Source of the DNA: Candidatus Minusculum obligatum
Lineage (GTDB): Bacteria > Patescibacteriota > Minisyncoccia > Phycocordibacterales > Phycocordibacteraceae
Direction: 5' to 3'
Assembly: GCA_002331145.1 (NCBI GenBank)
Contig: DCYT01000002.1
Coordinates: 23,337 to 87,336 of the forward strand
DNA: 64,000 nucleotides
Below, in pieces: positions 17,865 to 27,700 of the stretch. The position numbers and the translations under genes were made by a program. Positions within the stretch are counted from its first letter, which is position 1, and every line of letters starts with the position of its first letter. The notes under the pieces were generated by a model, which made no database searches, was not told where the DNA came from, and was given only the letters and a program-made list of their open reading frames with translations.

Positions 17865-20009
17865 ATGCAGCTAAAGGCGCTGGAGCTAACAGGATTTAAG
17901 TCGTTTGGTAAGAAAACGACTCTTTCTTTTACCAAGCCAATTACATCTATTGTGGGACCCAATGGGTCAGGAAAAAGTAATGTAGCAGAGGCATTTCGCT
18001 TTGCACTAGGTGAACAATCTATTAAAAGTCTTCGAGGGAAAAGAGGAGAGGATCTTATCTTCTCAGGAAGTGCGCAAACTCCTCGAAGTAACAAAGCGAG
18101 TGTAAAAGTAACGTTTGATAATTCAAATAAACTTTTTAATGTAGATTTTCCAGAGGTAACAATTGAACGAACAGTATTTCGAGATGGAGTAAATGAATAT
18201 TCTATAAATGGATCAAAGGTTCGCCTAAAAGATGTGCACGAACTTTTAGCCCATGCCAACATTGGTCAAACAGGACATCACATAATCTCTCAAGGAGAGG
18301 CAGATAGAATTCTGTCTTCAAATGCAAAAGAGCGAAGGAGTATGATCGAAGAAGCTCTTGGGCTTCGTGTATATAAATATAAAAAGGAAGAGGCACAGAA
18401 GAAGTTGGCAAAGACAGAAGAGAATATTGGAAATGTAGAGTCTCTACGAAAAGAAATTGCACCGCATCTGCGTTTCCTTAAGAAGCAGGTAGACAAGGTA
18501 GAGCGAGCAAAAGAACTCAAGGATGAGCTTGTTGGAGAGTATCAAGAGTATTTTGCACTTGAGGAAGCATGGCTCAAAGAAGAGGAGGGAAAGAATAAAG
18601 ACGCCCTCAATGAGCCAGAGAAACGTCTTGAAGAGATAGAGAAAGAAATCCAAGATCTTCCAGAAGATTCTCCGGTAGATACTTCAGATTTTGATACAAA
18701 GGTTCAAGAAAACGAATTTAAGCTCCGAGATCTTGAAGATGAGAGCCAGAATGCATTTCAGAAGCTATCTCGAATAGAAGGAGCTCTTGAGCTTACAAAA
18801 AAGAACCAAAGCACTGAAGAGAAGGTTTCAATTCATGCTGATACATTCTCTGAGTTTCGAAACAATGTACTTAAGGCAGGTGAAGAGGGAGAAAGAGCAG
18901 ATTCATTTGGAGACATGAGAAAAGCGTTTGATGGTCTTTTGAATGTTGTGCGCCCATTTGTAGATGCGTACAAAACAGCAGAAGTAGAGACTGAGGACAC
19001 AACAGAGCTTGAAGAAGAGCACGCACAGCTTAAAGAGGAGTATGAGAAAGCACGGTCTTCAGTACAGGAAATAAGGACAAGTATTTCAGAACTTCGCACA
19101 AAGAGAGAGGAAGTGCGAAATAAAACACAGGAGGGGCAGATAAAGCGTCTTGCACTTACTGCAGAGCAGGCAAAGCTCATTGCGCTCACCACATCACACA
19201 AAGAGCGTGCAGAGCGTCTTCGGGTTGAGCGTGAAGAGTTTGAACGCGAGCATAGAGAGGCTCTTGCGTTAATTGGAGAAGAGGCTGTTCGATATGAAAA
19301 GACTAAAGTAAGAGATGAGGCGCGAAGTGTACAGGAAGAGCGAAAGAGGAATATTCAGCGAATGAAGATTCGAGTCGAAGAGCTTGGCGGTGGTGGAGAG
19401 GAGGTTATGAAGGAGTTCTCTGAAGTGCAGCAAAGAGAAGAGTTCCTTGGAAATGAGGTGGAAGATTTGCAAACTTCGGCAGAGGCTCTTAAGGAACTTA
19501 TTGTAGAGCTCGAGAAAGAACTCACCTCTACATTCAATGAAGGTCTTGTGGCGATCAATACTGCCTTCAATGAATTTTTTGTAACAATGTTTGGTGGGGG
19601 ATCTGCACGTCTTGTTGCGGCAGATGCAAAAGACGAAGAAGAAGGAGTAGAAGATATTGGAATTGATGTGTCTGTATCAGTTCCTGGAAAGCGCGTGAAG
19701 GGACTCATGGCGCTTTCAGGTGGTGAGAGAGCCCTAACTTCAATTGCACTTATCTTTGCGATGAGTCAGGTGAACCCACCTCCTTTCCTTATTCTTGATG
19801 AGACGGACGCAGCCCTCGATGAAGCAAACAGTAAGCGTTATGCAGACATGATTGAGAATCTTGCAAAGCGATCACAGCTTATTCTTATCACACACAATAG
19901 AGAGACTATGAGTCGGGCGGGAGTACTCTACGGAGTAACTATGATGGGAGATGGAATTAGTAAACTCCTTTCTATTCAGTTTGAAGAGGCTGTGCAGGTT
20001 GCGAAGTAG
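17865..20009 (+). CDS. smc: SMC-family ATPase, short (714 aa)
   Basis: GFKSF, Walker A GPNGSGKS, Q-loop SQG, LSGGE, LDE.DAALD, ITH; follows rnc. Confidence 0.9.
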   Translation: MQLKALELTGFKSFGKKTTLSFTKPITSIVGPNGSGKSNVAEAFRFALGEQSIKSLRGKRGEDLIFSGSAQTPRSNKASVKVTFDNSNKLFNVDFPEVTIERTVFRDGVNEYSINGSKVRLKDVHELLAHANIGQTGHHIISQGEADRILSSNAKERRSMIEEALGLRVYKYKKEEAQKKLAKTEENIGNVESLRKEIAPHLRFLKKQVDKVERAKELKDELVGEYQEYFALEEAWLKEEEGKNKDALNEPEKRLEEIEKEIQDLPEDSPVDTSDFDTKVQENEFKLRDLEDESQNAFQKLSRIEGALELTKKNQSTEEKVSIHADTFSEFRNNVLKAGEEGERADSFGDMRKAFDGLLNVVRPFVDAYKTAEVETEDTTELEEEHAQLKEEYEKARSSVQEIRTSISELRTKREEVRNKTQEGQIKRLALTAEQAKLIALTTSHKERAERLRVEREEFEREHREALALIGEEAVRYEKTKVRDEARSVQEERKRNIQRMKIRVEELGGGGEEVMKEFSEVQQREEFLGNEVEDLQTSAEALKELIVELEKELTSTFNEGLVAINTAFNEFFVTMFGGGSARLVAADAKDEEEGVEDIGIDVSVSVPGKRVKGLMALSGGERALTSIALIFAMSQVNPPPFLILDETDAALDEANSKRYADMIENLAKRSQLILITHNRETMSRAGVLYGVTMMGDGISKLLSIQFEEAVQVAK

Positions 20010-20052
20010 TGGTATATTCAGGGAAGTTGATCCAAGCAGAAAAGGGACTTCC

Positions 20053-20205
20053 ATGAATCTTGGAAATTATGGAAGATCACCACATGAGCTTGAAAGAGCT
20101 CGTGAGGAAGCTGAGCAGTTGATTCGTCGACGACCTCCGCCAATAGAAGATGTTCGTACTGCGCGTGAGCGTCGTCGCGGACGGAACCCTAAAGATGGCC
20201 ACTAG
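20053..20205 (+). CDS. Small Arg-rich hypothetical protein (50 aa)
   Basis: ATG after AAAAGGGA, with TGgTATATT -10 upstream and a terminator downstream. Confidence 0.5.
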   Translation: MNLGNYGRSPHELERAREEAEQLIRRRPPPIEDVRTARERRRGRNPKDGH

Positions 20206-20225
20206 AGCCTTTCAGCAACACAGAA

Positions 20226-20249
20226 AAGCCGCGTCCTTGGACGCGGCTT
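20226..20249. terminator. Bidirectional terminator
   Basis: AAGCCGCGTCC-tt-GGACGCGGCTT. Confidence 0.8.
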
Positions 20250-20251
20250 CT

Positions 20252-22189
20252 TTATTTCTTTTCTTCTGCAAGAGCAAAATCTAGAAGGCGATCAATAGTA
20301 TTTACTTTAATTAGTCGCACACGAACAGTGTCTCCAAGCTGATATGTCTTTCCTTTATTTTGTCCAACAAGTCGATACTTGCTCTCTTCGTATGAGTAGA
20401 AGTCATCTCCCATGCTTCGGATAGATACAAGTCCTTCAGATCGAGTATCTTGCTCCTCTACAAAGATTCCTCGCTCCATTACGCCTGTAATGATTGCATC
20501 AAATTCTTTCCCAACGAATTGCTCCATGAATTCAACTTGCTTTAGCTTGATTGAATCTCGCTCTGCTTCAGATGCTGAGATTTCTCTCTCAGTTGATCTA
20601 AGTGCGTCCTCATCAATACTTGCAATCTCAGCTTGTGAGAGCTTTCGTCCACTTGCAACTGCTTTTATCAACCTATGCGCTATAAGGTCTGGGTATCGCC
20701 TAATAGGAGAGGTGAAGTGAGAATAAAATTCAAACGCTAGTCCAAAGTGTCCAATATTTTTTGTGCTGTAGATAGCCTTGCTCATTGATCGAATAGCAGT
20801 TGTCTTTACAAGATATTCCTCCGGAGCTCCCTCGATTTCTTTAAATAATCTATTGAGATCTTTTCCAGTTATTCCTCCTTCTTTTTCTGTTGGAAGTTCG
20901 TGTCCAAGCACCTTCAGGAATTCTGCAAGGATTTTAATTTTTTCATCATTTGGTGTGTCGTGAATTCGGTAGATAAATGGTCGAGAACCACCACTGTCAT
21001 TTGCAATGTTAGTCATGTACTCAGACACCTTTTCATTTGCAAGAAGCATAAAGTCTTCAACAAGAAGGTTGGTATCTTGCCGCTCCTTTAGGTACACACG
21101 AACAGGAACACCGCTCTCATCTACTTCAATCTTCACCTCATCTCGATCAAAAGAAACAGCTCCTCGTTTTGTCCGCTTCAAGCGAAGCTTCTTTGCAAGA
21201 GTGTTAAGAGTATTTAGCTCCTCAAGGAACGGTCCATCTTGCTTATCAAGTACACCTTGAGCTTCTTCATATGTAAATCGTTTGTCTGAGTAGATTGCAG
21301 TTTCTCCATACCACTCATCATGAATATTTCCTTCTGCGTCGAGCACGAAGATTGCACTCATGGCGAGACGATCTTCCTCAGGCCGTAGTGAACAAAGATT
21401 TTCTGAAAGTACGTGTGGAAGCATGGGGATGGTTCGGTCTACAAGATAGACGCTTGTGGCACGTTTTCGTCCCTCATCATCAATTGCAGTTCCTGGAGTT
21501 ACAAAGTACGAAACGTCTGCAATATGAATCCCAATTTCGAACTTTCCATCATCAAGTTTTTTAACTGAGATGGCATCATCAAAATCTTTTGCGTCTACTG
21601 GGTCGATGGTGAAGGTTGTAATGCCTCGCATATCACGACGCCCTTCAATACCAGCTTTGAGAAGATCTGCTCCTTTTTCTTCAAGCTCTTCAGCTTCCTT
21701 TTGCACAGGAAGAGGGAAGTCAGCTTCAAATCCACCACGAAGAAGAAGTGCTCGCATCTCAACTTCATGATCTCCAACTGCTCCAAGCACTTCCATAATC
21801 TCTCCTTCAGGAAGGTTCTTTGCCTCATTCCATCCAGAGAAGTGAAGAATTGCTTTTACATTTTCTTTTTGTTCTCCCTTTGCAATAAAGAAGGGCACCT
21901 TTGTTCTTTTGTGATCTGCATAGAAAAGCCAATCTCCTTCCTCTTGTACGATTCGTCCCACGTACTTTTCTTGTCCGCGCTCAAGAATCTCTACCACCTT
22001 TGCAGCAGGCCGACCTCTCTCCATCCCAGCTTTTTCAAATCGCACCAAGTCCCCAGATAGGGCGGTACTCGTATCTCCAATTCGTACAACAAGTGACTCT
22101 TTGTCACCAAAATCAATAAAACCAACACCCTTGCGAGTGATGGAAATAATTCCCTGATCATCTTTTGGAGTTTTTTCGTCTGTTTTCAT
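20252..22189 (-). CDS. rnr: Ribonuclease R
   Basis: TIDP.DAKDFDDA, HIADVS, HFTSPIRRYPDL motifs and C-terminal S1 domain. Confidence 0.95.
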   Translation of the reverse strand: MKTDEKTPKDDQGIISITRKGVGFIDFGDKESLVVRIGDTSTALSGDLVRFEKAGMERGRPAAKVVEILERGQEKYVGRIVQEEGDWLFYADHKRTKVPFFIAKGEQKENVKAILHFSGWNEAKNLPEGEIMEVLGAVGDHEVEMRALLLRGGFEADFPLPVQKEAEELEEKGADLLKAGIEGRRDMRGITTFTIDPVDAKDFDDAISVKKLDDGKFEIGIHIADVSYFVTPGTAIDDEGRKRATSVYLVDRTIPMLPHVLSENLCSLRPEEDRLAMSAIFVLDAEGNIHDEWYGETAIYSDKRFTYEEAQGVLDKQDGPFLEELNTLNTLAKKLRLKRTKRGAVSFDRDEVKIEVDESGVPVRVYLKERQDTNLLVEDFMLLANEKVSEYMTNIANDSGGSRPFIYRIHDTPNDEKIKILAEFLKVLGHELPTEKEGGITGKDLNRLFKEIEGAPEEYLVKTTAIRSMSKAIYSTKNIGHFGLAFEFYSHFTSPIRRYPDLIAHRLIKAVASGRKLSQAEIASIDEDALRSTEREISASEAERDSIKLKQVEFMEQFVGKEFDAIITGVMERGIFVEEQDTRSEGLVSIRSMGDDFYSYEESKYRLVGQNKGKTYQLGDTVRVRLIKVNTIDRLLDFALAEEKK

Positions 22190-22211
22190 CCCATGACTAT
22201 AGCGTATTACC

Positions 22212-22240
22212 TTGACGAAATACAGCCCGCTTGCTATGTT
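22212..22240 (+). promoter_or_regulatory. Promoter giving a leaderless rpsP mRNA
   Basis: TTGACG-17-TATGTT (with TG), 6 nt before the ATG at 22247. Confidence 0.75.
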
Positions 22241-22246
22241 TCCCGC

Positions 22247-22750
22247 ATGTTAGTAATTCGATATCAGAGGGTTGGACGTCGCAACGATGCGTCTTTTCGT
22301 ATTGTTGTAACAGAACATACAACTGGCCCAAAGAGTGGAAAGCATGTTGAGCAGCTTGGCTCATACAATCCAAAGACCAAGGCGGTAACTTTGAAGAAAG
22401 ACCGAATTGAGCATTGGATGAGTGTAGGAGCACAGACTTCAGATTCAGTACACAATCTTCTTGTAAAGGAAGGTGTGCTTGAAGGAGGAAAGATCAACGT
22501 ACTTCCAAAGAAATCTCCAATTGCAAAAGAAGTAGAAGAGGCAGAGGAGGCAGCACCAGCTGCAGAGGCTGCTCCTGAGGGAGAAGAAGCTCCTGCAGAG
22601 GAAGCTGTGGCAGAGGAAGCAGCTCCAGCTGAGGAGACTCCTGTAGTTGATGAGGCGCCCGCAGAAGAGGTGAAGGAGGAGGAAGCTCCTGCAGCAGAAG
22701 AGGCGCCAGAAGCACCAGCAGAAGAGGAAGAAAAGAAGGAGGACGCGTAA
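22247..22750 (+). CDS. rpsP: 30S ribosomal protein S16 with Ala/Glu/Pro-rich tail
   Basis: MLVIRYQRVGR...RIVV...E.LGSYNP...W.SVGAQ.SDSV; start reassigned to 22247. Confidence 0.95.
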   Translation: MLVIRYQRVGRRNDASFRIVVTEHTTGPKSGKHVEQLGSYNPKTKAVTLKKDRIEHWMSVGAQTSDSVHNLLVKEGVLEGGKINVLPKKSPIAKEVEEAEEAAPAAEAAPEGEEAPAEEAVAEEAAPAEETPVVDEAPAEEVKEEEAPAAEEAPEAPAEEEEKKEDA

Positions 22751-22828
22751 GTAGTCCCCGTAAGGCCCTTGACGTAATTATCTAATCCTTAGATAATTCA
22801 AGTAATCAGTAACGATAGTACGTTTTGT

Positions 22829-23134
22829 ATGGAAAGAGACCAGGAATTTCTCGAGCAAGTAATTAAAGCTATGGTAGAGCATCCGGAGGATGTTGTAGTT
22901 AGTCGTAGCGTTGATGAGATGGGAGTGCTGCTAACTCTTGATGTAAATCGAGGAGATATGGGTACTATCATTGGAAAAGACGGACAAACTGCAAAAGCAA
23001 TCCGGACACTTCTTCGAGTTGTTGGAATGAAGCACAATGCCCGAGTTAATCTAAAAATTAACGAGCCAGTAGGAGGGAAGCGTGCATCAGAGCAATTCCA
23101 GAGTGTAGATGAGGCAATCGATCAGATGGCATAG
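22829..23134 (+). CDS. khpA: KH-domain RNA-binding protein
   Basis: DMG.IIGKDG.TAKAIRT motif; located after rpsP. Confidence 0.9.
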   Translation: MERDQEFLEQVIKAMVEHPEDVVVSRSVDEMGVLLTLDVNRGDMGTIIGKDGQTAKAIRTLLRVVGMKHNARVNLKINEPVGGKRASEQFQSVDEAIDQMA

Positions 23135-23152
23135 TCATCTGTACGAAACAGC

Positions 23153-23184
23153 AAATGCGTGTATCTTTAGAGGTGTACGCATTT
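23153..23184 (+). terminator. Hairpin between khpA and trmD
   Basis: AAATGCGTGTATCT-ttag-AGGTGTACGCATTT followed by T residues. Confidence 0.6.
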
Positions 23185-23188
23185 TTGT

Positions 23189-23824
23189 ATGAAGTATCAC
23201 ATCATTTCAGTTTTCCCAGAATCAACAAGCTCATACCTTGAGAGCTCGCTTCTTAAGCGCGCAAAAGAGAATGGGATTATTGATGTGTCTTTTTATAATA
23301 TTCGGGACTATACAGAAGATAAGCACAACAAAGTAGATGATCGTCCATATGGAGGAGGTCCAGGGATGGTTATCTCTGCTATGCCAGTTCTAAAGGCAGT
23401 AGAGGATGCAGTAGAGAAGTCAGAAAATCCTTTAATTGTTTTCTTTACGCCTCATGGAGAAGAGTTTTCAAATACAATGGCAGATGAGATTAAAGATGAA
23501 TACACAGATGCCATCTTCATTTGTGGGCACTATGAGGGAGTTGATGCGCGAGTGACACAAATTTTAAAAACAAAGAATGTTTCTATTGGAAACTATGTAC
23601 TTACAGGAGGGGAGCTTCCAGCTCTTGTAATGATTGATGCTATTACACGACGTATCCCTGGAGTATTGGGAGATGGCCTGTCAGTAGAAGAGAATAGGAT
23701 TGCACCAAAGGACCCATATACACGTCCTGAGTGTTTTGAATATCAAGGAGAAGAGTATTGTGTGCCAGAAGTACTTCGTTCTGGAAACCATGCAAAAATT
23801 GATGAATTTCGAAAAGAGAATTGA
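23189..23824 (+). CDS. trmD: tRNA (guanine-N1)-methyltransferase
   Basis: VDDRPYGGGPGM, CGHYEGVD.R, SIG.YVLTGGE and VPEVL.SGNH motifs. Confidence 0.97.
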   Translation: MKYHIISVFPESTSSYLESSLLKRAKENGIIDVSFYNIRDYTEDKHNKVDDRPYGGGPGMVISAMPVLKAVEDAVEKSENPLIVFFTPHGEEFSNTMADEIKDEYTDAIFICGHYEGVDARVTQILKTKNVSIGNYVLTGGELPALVMIDAITRRIPGVLGDGLSVEENRIAPKDPYTRPECFEYQGEEYCVPEVLRSGNHAKIDEFRKEN

Positions 23825-23874
23825 CGAATAGATTTTAGAGGAGCATAGTGAAGAAAGAAAAGGGAGGTAAAGAC

Positions 23875-24123
23875 ATGAGTTCTATTTCGCAGACAGAGAT
23901 ACTCACTTTGGGTGATCTTGAGAATGCTGTGGCGGTTGGAAATATTCAACTTGCGCAACATGCATTTGATAACAGCAATCAGGGTGTGGGAGATATCCCT
24001 CGCCTTGAAATGCTGATACCCAAACTCGAGAGTCTCAAAGAGGCTCCGGAAAAAGGTCCTCATTTTCACGAGATTAAAAATCTTATTGAAGGTATTCGGG
24101 ATCGAATTAGCTACCTCAAGTAG
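23875..24123 (+). CDS. Hypothetical protein (ORFan, 82 aa)
   Basis: GGGAGG SD; TTGACG-17-CATAGT overlapping the trmD stop; hairpin at 24132-24159. Confidence 0.65.
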   Translation: MSSISQTEILTLGDLENAVAVGNIQLAQHAFDNSNQGVGDIPRLEMLIPKLESLKEAPEKGPHFHEIKNLIEGIRDRISYLK

Positions 24124-24200
24124 TGGCGATCAAACAGCTGTCAGAAATGGCAGCTGTTTTTCTATGGTACGATTTATATAGAAAAAGAAAGGAGTGTGTC

Positions 24201-24503
24201 ATGCCCGTTCCCGCACGTATAGAGGAACATGAGCTTCACGTCGCATATTGTGCATGCTGCCAATGCATTTGTGCTGCCGAGAAGTCCGGGTTAACCATGG
24301 AGGATGTGAAGAATATTGAGGACTACATTAAGTTCCTCACCGATTATTTCGCTTCCCCGCAAACGTTGTACGCTCTTCAAAACCAAATTGCCAACACCAT
24401 TGGTCTTTTGGAGCAAGAGCAGCCAAGCGGATGGGAAGAGGACTACTGTATTCTTTCCGAATTCCTTGTAACTTTGTCTGAGGTGATACATTGCACCTCT
24501 TAA
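24201..24503 (+). CDS. Hypothetical Cys-rich protein (ORFan, 100 aa)
   Basis: AGAAAGGAG SD; CACCQCIC cluster; terminator at 24519-24547. Confidence 0.6.
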   Translation: MPVPARIEEHELHVAYCACCQCICAAEKSGLTMEDVKNIEDYIKFLTDYFASPQTLYALQNQIANTIGLLEQEQPSGWEEDYCILSEFLVTLSEVIHCTS

Positions 24504-24518
24504 GACACAAAATTTTAT

Positions 24519-24547
24519 AAAGGCGATGCTAAATAAGCGTCGCCTTT
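24519..24547 (+). terminator. Hairpin terminator
   Basis: AAAGGCGATGCT-aaata-AGCGTCGCCTTT. Confidence 0.7.
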
Positions 24548-24558
24548 CCACAGCTTTG

Positions 24559-24587
24559 TTGACAGTAAACTAACAAAAGCATATACT
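24559..24587 (+). promoter_or_regulatory. rpoB operon promoter
   Basis: TTGACA-17-TATACT, near consensus. Confidence 0.85.
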
Positions 24588-24740
24588 CCTAGTGACGAAT
24601 TTACGACTGAGTTACGGGAGCAACGAGAGATTTTCGTACAATTAAAGAGATTACTAAATTGAGCGCACAGCGTAGCGCGAGCCCTTGTATATTGGGTTCA
24701 ATTTTTGCGTCTACCTGTTTAACAAAAACATAACTCGGCT

Positions 24741-27700
24741 ATGGCAGGACTAAACCAAAAGCATTTTGGGAAATACGTGGAGCCCCGCGTGGACTTCCCA
24801 GACTTGGTGCTTCACCAGCGTGAGTCATTCAAATGGCTTACAAAAGAGGGACTTGGAGAACTCTTCAATGAATTCTCACCAATCCCTGATTACTCAGGAA
24901 AGAAGTTCAATCTTTCATTTGAAAGTTTTGAAGTAGGAGAGCCAAAGTGCACTCCAGAACATGCTAAGGGAAATAAGCTAACGTACGATGCGCCACTACG
25001 TGCAACCGTAAAGCTAGAGAACAAGACATTTGGAGGAGAGAAGACTCAAGAACTCTTCCTTGCAGACATTCCGCTTATGACAGAGCAGGGTAGCTTTGTG
25101 ATTAATGGAGTGGAGCGAGTAATCGTTCCTCAGCTTGCTCGAAGTTTCGGAGTATTCTTCACAAGCGACATTGTTCGTGGACACGAGCAGTTTGGTGCCA
25201 AGATTATTCCAGCACGTGGTGCTTGGGCTGAGCTTGAGAGTGCTCCCGATGGAACAATTCACGTAAAAATTGATCGAAAACGAAAATTCCCCGTAACAAC
25301 ACTTCTTCGTGTATTTGGCGCAACTCGCGACAAAGACATGCTTGATCTTGTAGGAAAGAGTTCAGCTGCGAAGGAGGTTATCGCGAAGACTCTTGAGGAG
25401 GATCCAGCAAAGACTCCAGAGGATTCATTTATTGAGATCCATAAGCGACTTCGAGATGGAGACCTTGCAACAGCCGAGAACGCAAAGGAATTCATCAATT
25501 CAATCTTCTCAGATGAGCGGTACGATCTTTCACGAGTTGGACGATACCGATTCAACCACCGATTCAATCACTCTCTTGCCGAGAAGGAGCTTGATCGTCG
25601 AACACTATCTCTTGATGACCTTATCGACATTGTAATTAATATTGCGGAGCTAAATGCAGATCCAAATGCAACTCCTGACGATATTGATGACCTAGGATTC
25701 CGTCGAGTACGATTCATTGGAGAGCTACTCCAGCAGCGAATGCGAGTTGGAATGTCTCGAATGAAGCGAAACATTCAGGATCGAATGTCTACAATTGATG
25801 CTGAGACAACACTTCCAATGCAGATCATTAACCCGCGACCACTTGCGGCATCTGTAAAGGAATTCTTTACCGCAAACCAGCTATCTCAGTTCATGGATCA
25901 GCAGAATATCTTAGCTGAGCTTGAGCACCTTCGAACGCTTTCAGCGCTAGGGCCTGGAGGACTAAGTCGTGAGCGTGCTGGTATTGAGGTTCGAGACGTA
26001 CACCCATCTCACTATGGGCGACTTTGTCCTATTCACACACCTGAGGGACAGAACATTGGACTTATCCTGCGAATGGCAACACACGCACGAACAAATGACT
26101 TTGGAGTTATTGAGACTGCGTACGCAAAGGTGGAAAAGGGAATTGTACAAAAAGACGTTGTGTACCTAAATGCATTTGATGAGAAAGATTTCACAATTGC
26201 TCATGGTGCTATCAATGTAGATGATAAAGGGAAGATCTCAGATGAGTATGTAGAAGCCCGAAAGGGAGGAGAGCCTACACTTGTAGCTCGAAATGACATT
26301 GACCTTATTGATGTGTCTACGTACCAGATGTTCTCAATCGCAACAAACATGATTCCGTTTGTGGATCACGATGATGCTAACCGAGCGCTCATGGGGTCAA
26401 ACATGCAAAAGCAGGCGACTCCTTGTCTTATTCCTGAGGCACCACTTGTTTCAACAGGAATTGAGGAGCACGCTGCTCGAAATACAGGACGACTTGTGCT
26501 CGCACAAGAAGCTGGAGAAGTTGTGTTTGTGGATGCACGAAAGATTGAGGTGAAGAACAGTAAGGGAAAGAAGCAGGTATATCCTCTTACAACTCTTACT
26601 CAGACAAACCAGAACTCAGCATTTAACCACCGACCTTCTGTATCTCTTGGAGATAAGGTAAAGAAGGGAGATCTTCTGGCTGATGCTAGTTCATCAGATC
26701 ACGGACAGATGGCACTAGGACAGAATGCTCGAGTTGCCTTCATGACATGGTCAGGATGGAACTACGAGGATGCCATCATCATCTCAGAGAAACTTGTACA
26801 GGATCACAAATTCTCAACAATTCACATTGAGGACTTTGAGTCAGTAGTACGAGACACAAAGCTTGGAGCAGAAGTTACAACTCACGATATTCCAAACGTA
26901 GGAGAGCTACGACTTAAGAACCTTGATGAGGAGGGAATTATCCGTGTGGGAGCTGAAGTACGATCAGGAGATATCTTGGTTGGAAAGGTAACGCCTAAGG
27001 GAGAAACACAGCTAACACCTGAGGAGCGACTTCTTCGATCTATCTTTGGAGATAAAGCCAAGGATGTGAAGGACACATCACTTCGTCTTGAGGGAGGAAA
27101 GCGAGGACGAGTTATTGGCGTAAAGGTCTTCTCTCGAGAGCAGGGAGATAATCTTGAGAGTGGAATCATCAAGAAGATCGTTATTACCGTAGCGCAGGTT
27201 CGAAACGTAACAGTGGGAGATAAGCTTGCTGGACGTCACGGAAACAAGGGAGTTATCTCACGAGTACTTCCTGTTGAGGACATGCCGTACGACAAGAACG
27301 GAGATCCAGTTGATGTAATCCTTACACCTCTTGGAGTTCCTTCTCGAATGAACCTAGGACAGATTCTTGAGATGCACCTAGGACTTGCAGCGAATGCTGG
27401 AGGATATCAGGCTGTTGTTCCTGCCTTTGGAGGAGCGACTATGGCTGAGATTCAGGATGAGCTTGAAAAGGAAGGATTTGATCGTTCAGGAAAGCAGAAG
27501 CTATACGATGGACGAACAGGAGATTCCTTCGCGCAAGATATCGCGGTTGGATATATGTACATCTTGAAACTTCACCACATGGTGGAAGACAAGATTCACA
27601 TGCGTTCAATTGGACCTTACTCTCTTATTACGCAGCAGCCTCTTGGAGGAAAAGCGCAAAATGGAGGACAGCGATTCGGAGAGATGGAAGTGTGGGCACT

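Noticed and set aside
22193-22246. N-terminal extension of S16 in the ORF track
   Set aside because: The segment contains the -35/-10 promoter, and S16 homology starts at ATG 22247.
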